Positions 63,999-64,000 of a stretch of 64,000 bases of DNA are shown here, piece after piece. Origin of the DNA: a virus (Duplodnaviria > Caudoviricetes). Made by a program: the position numbers and the translations under genes. The notes beneath the pieces were generated by a model. The model did no database searches and was not told where the DNA came from. It saw only the letters and a program-made list of their open reading frames with translations. Every line of letters begins with the position of its first letter. Position 1 is the stretch's first letter. The DNA lies in the IMG/VR virus record IMGVR_UViG_3300032218_002851, positions 25,858-89,857 of that record; one strand, 5' to 3'.

Positions 63999-64000
63999 TC

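Noticed and set aside
1-64000. Genome-wide stop-codon reassignment
   Set aside because: Core genes are full length in the standard code, and TGA, TAA and TAG all end genes, often at coupled overlaps
1-64000. tRNA or rRNA genes
   Set aside because: Intergenic gaps are short and I saw no cloverleaf or GTTCGA T-loop context; tRNAscan-SE would be needed to exclude atypical ones

Overview
This is a gene-dense, AT-rich 64-kb segment of a large T4-like (jumbo) dsDNA phage genome in the standard genetic code, with almost all genes on the minus strand. Phage hallmarks are nrdA/nrdB plus glutaredoxin, a gp41/DnaB helicase, a primase, a PAAR spike, a SleB-type hydrolase, tail-fibre proteins, TAAATA late-promoter motifs and TTGACA-17-TAATAT early promoters. 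The host is probably a proteobacterium, judging from the OprI-like lipoprotein, OprO/P porin, IHF boxes and PqqA. The accessory content is rich: (1) a 24-aa PqqA (PQQ precursor peptide) gene missing from the ORF track, with its own promoter motif, RBS and terminator; (2) phosphate-scavenging genes: pstS plus a phosphate porin behind a possible pho box, and a plcP-like phospholipase next to an agt-like glycosyltransferase (lipid remodelling); (3) a csgF-csgG-curlin-FecR-lectin/curlin-CHASE2-adenylate cyclase operon; (4) translation and proteostasis genes (rpsU, hsp20 with a ROSE-like leader, clpS, an ArfA-like peptide); (5) a ubiquitin-like domain protein; (6) tandem amidoligases and several nucleotidyltransferases that share a T4 capsid-targeting-like N-terminal motif; (7) RBS-sequestering hairpins that contain the late promoter. 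All family assignments come from motif recognition by eye, with no database search. Several start codons were moved from the ORF track to RBS-supported or non-overlapping ATGs. No tRNA, rRNA or CRISPR array was seen.
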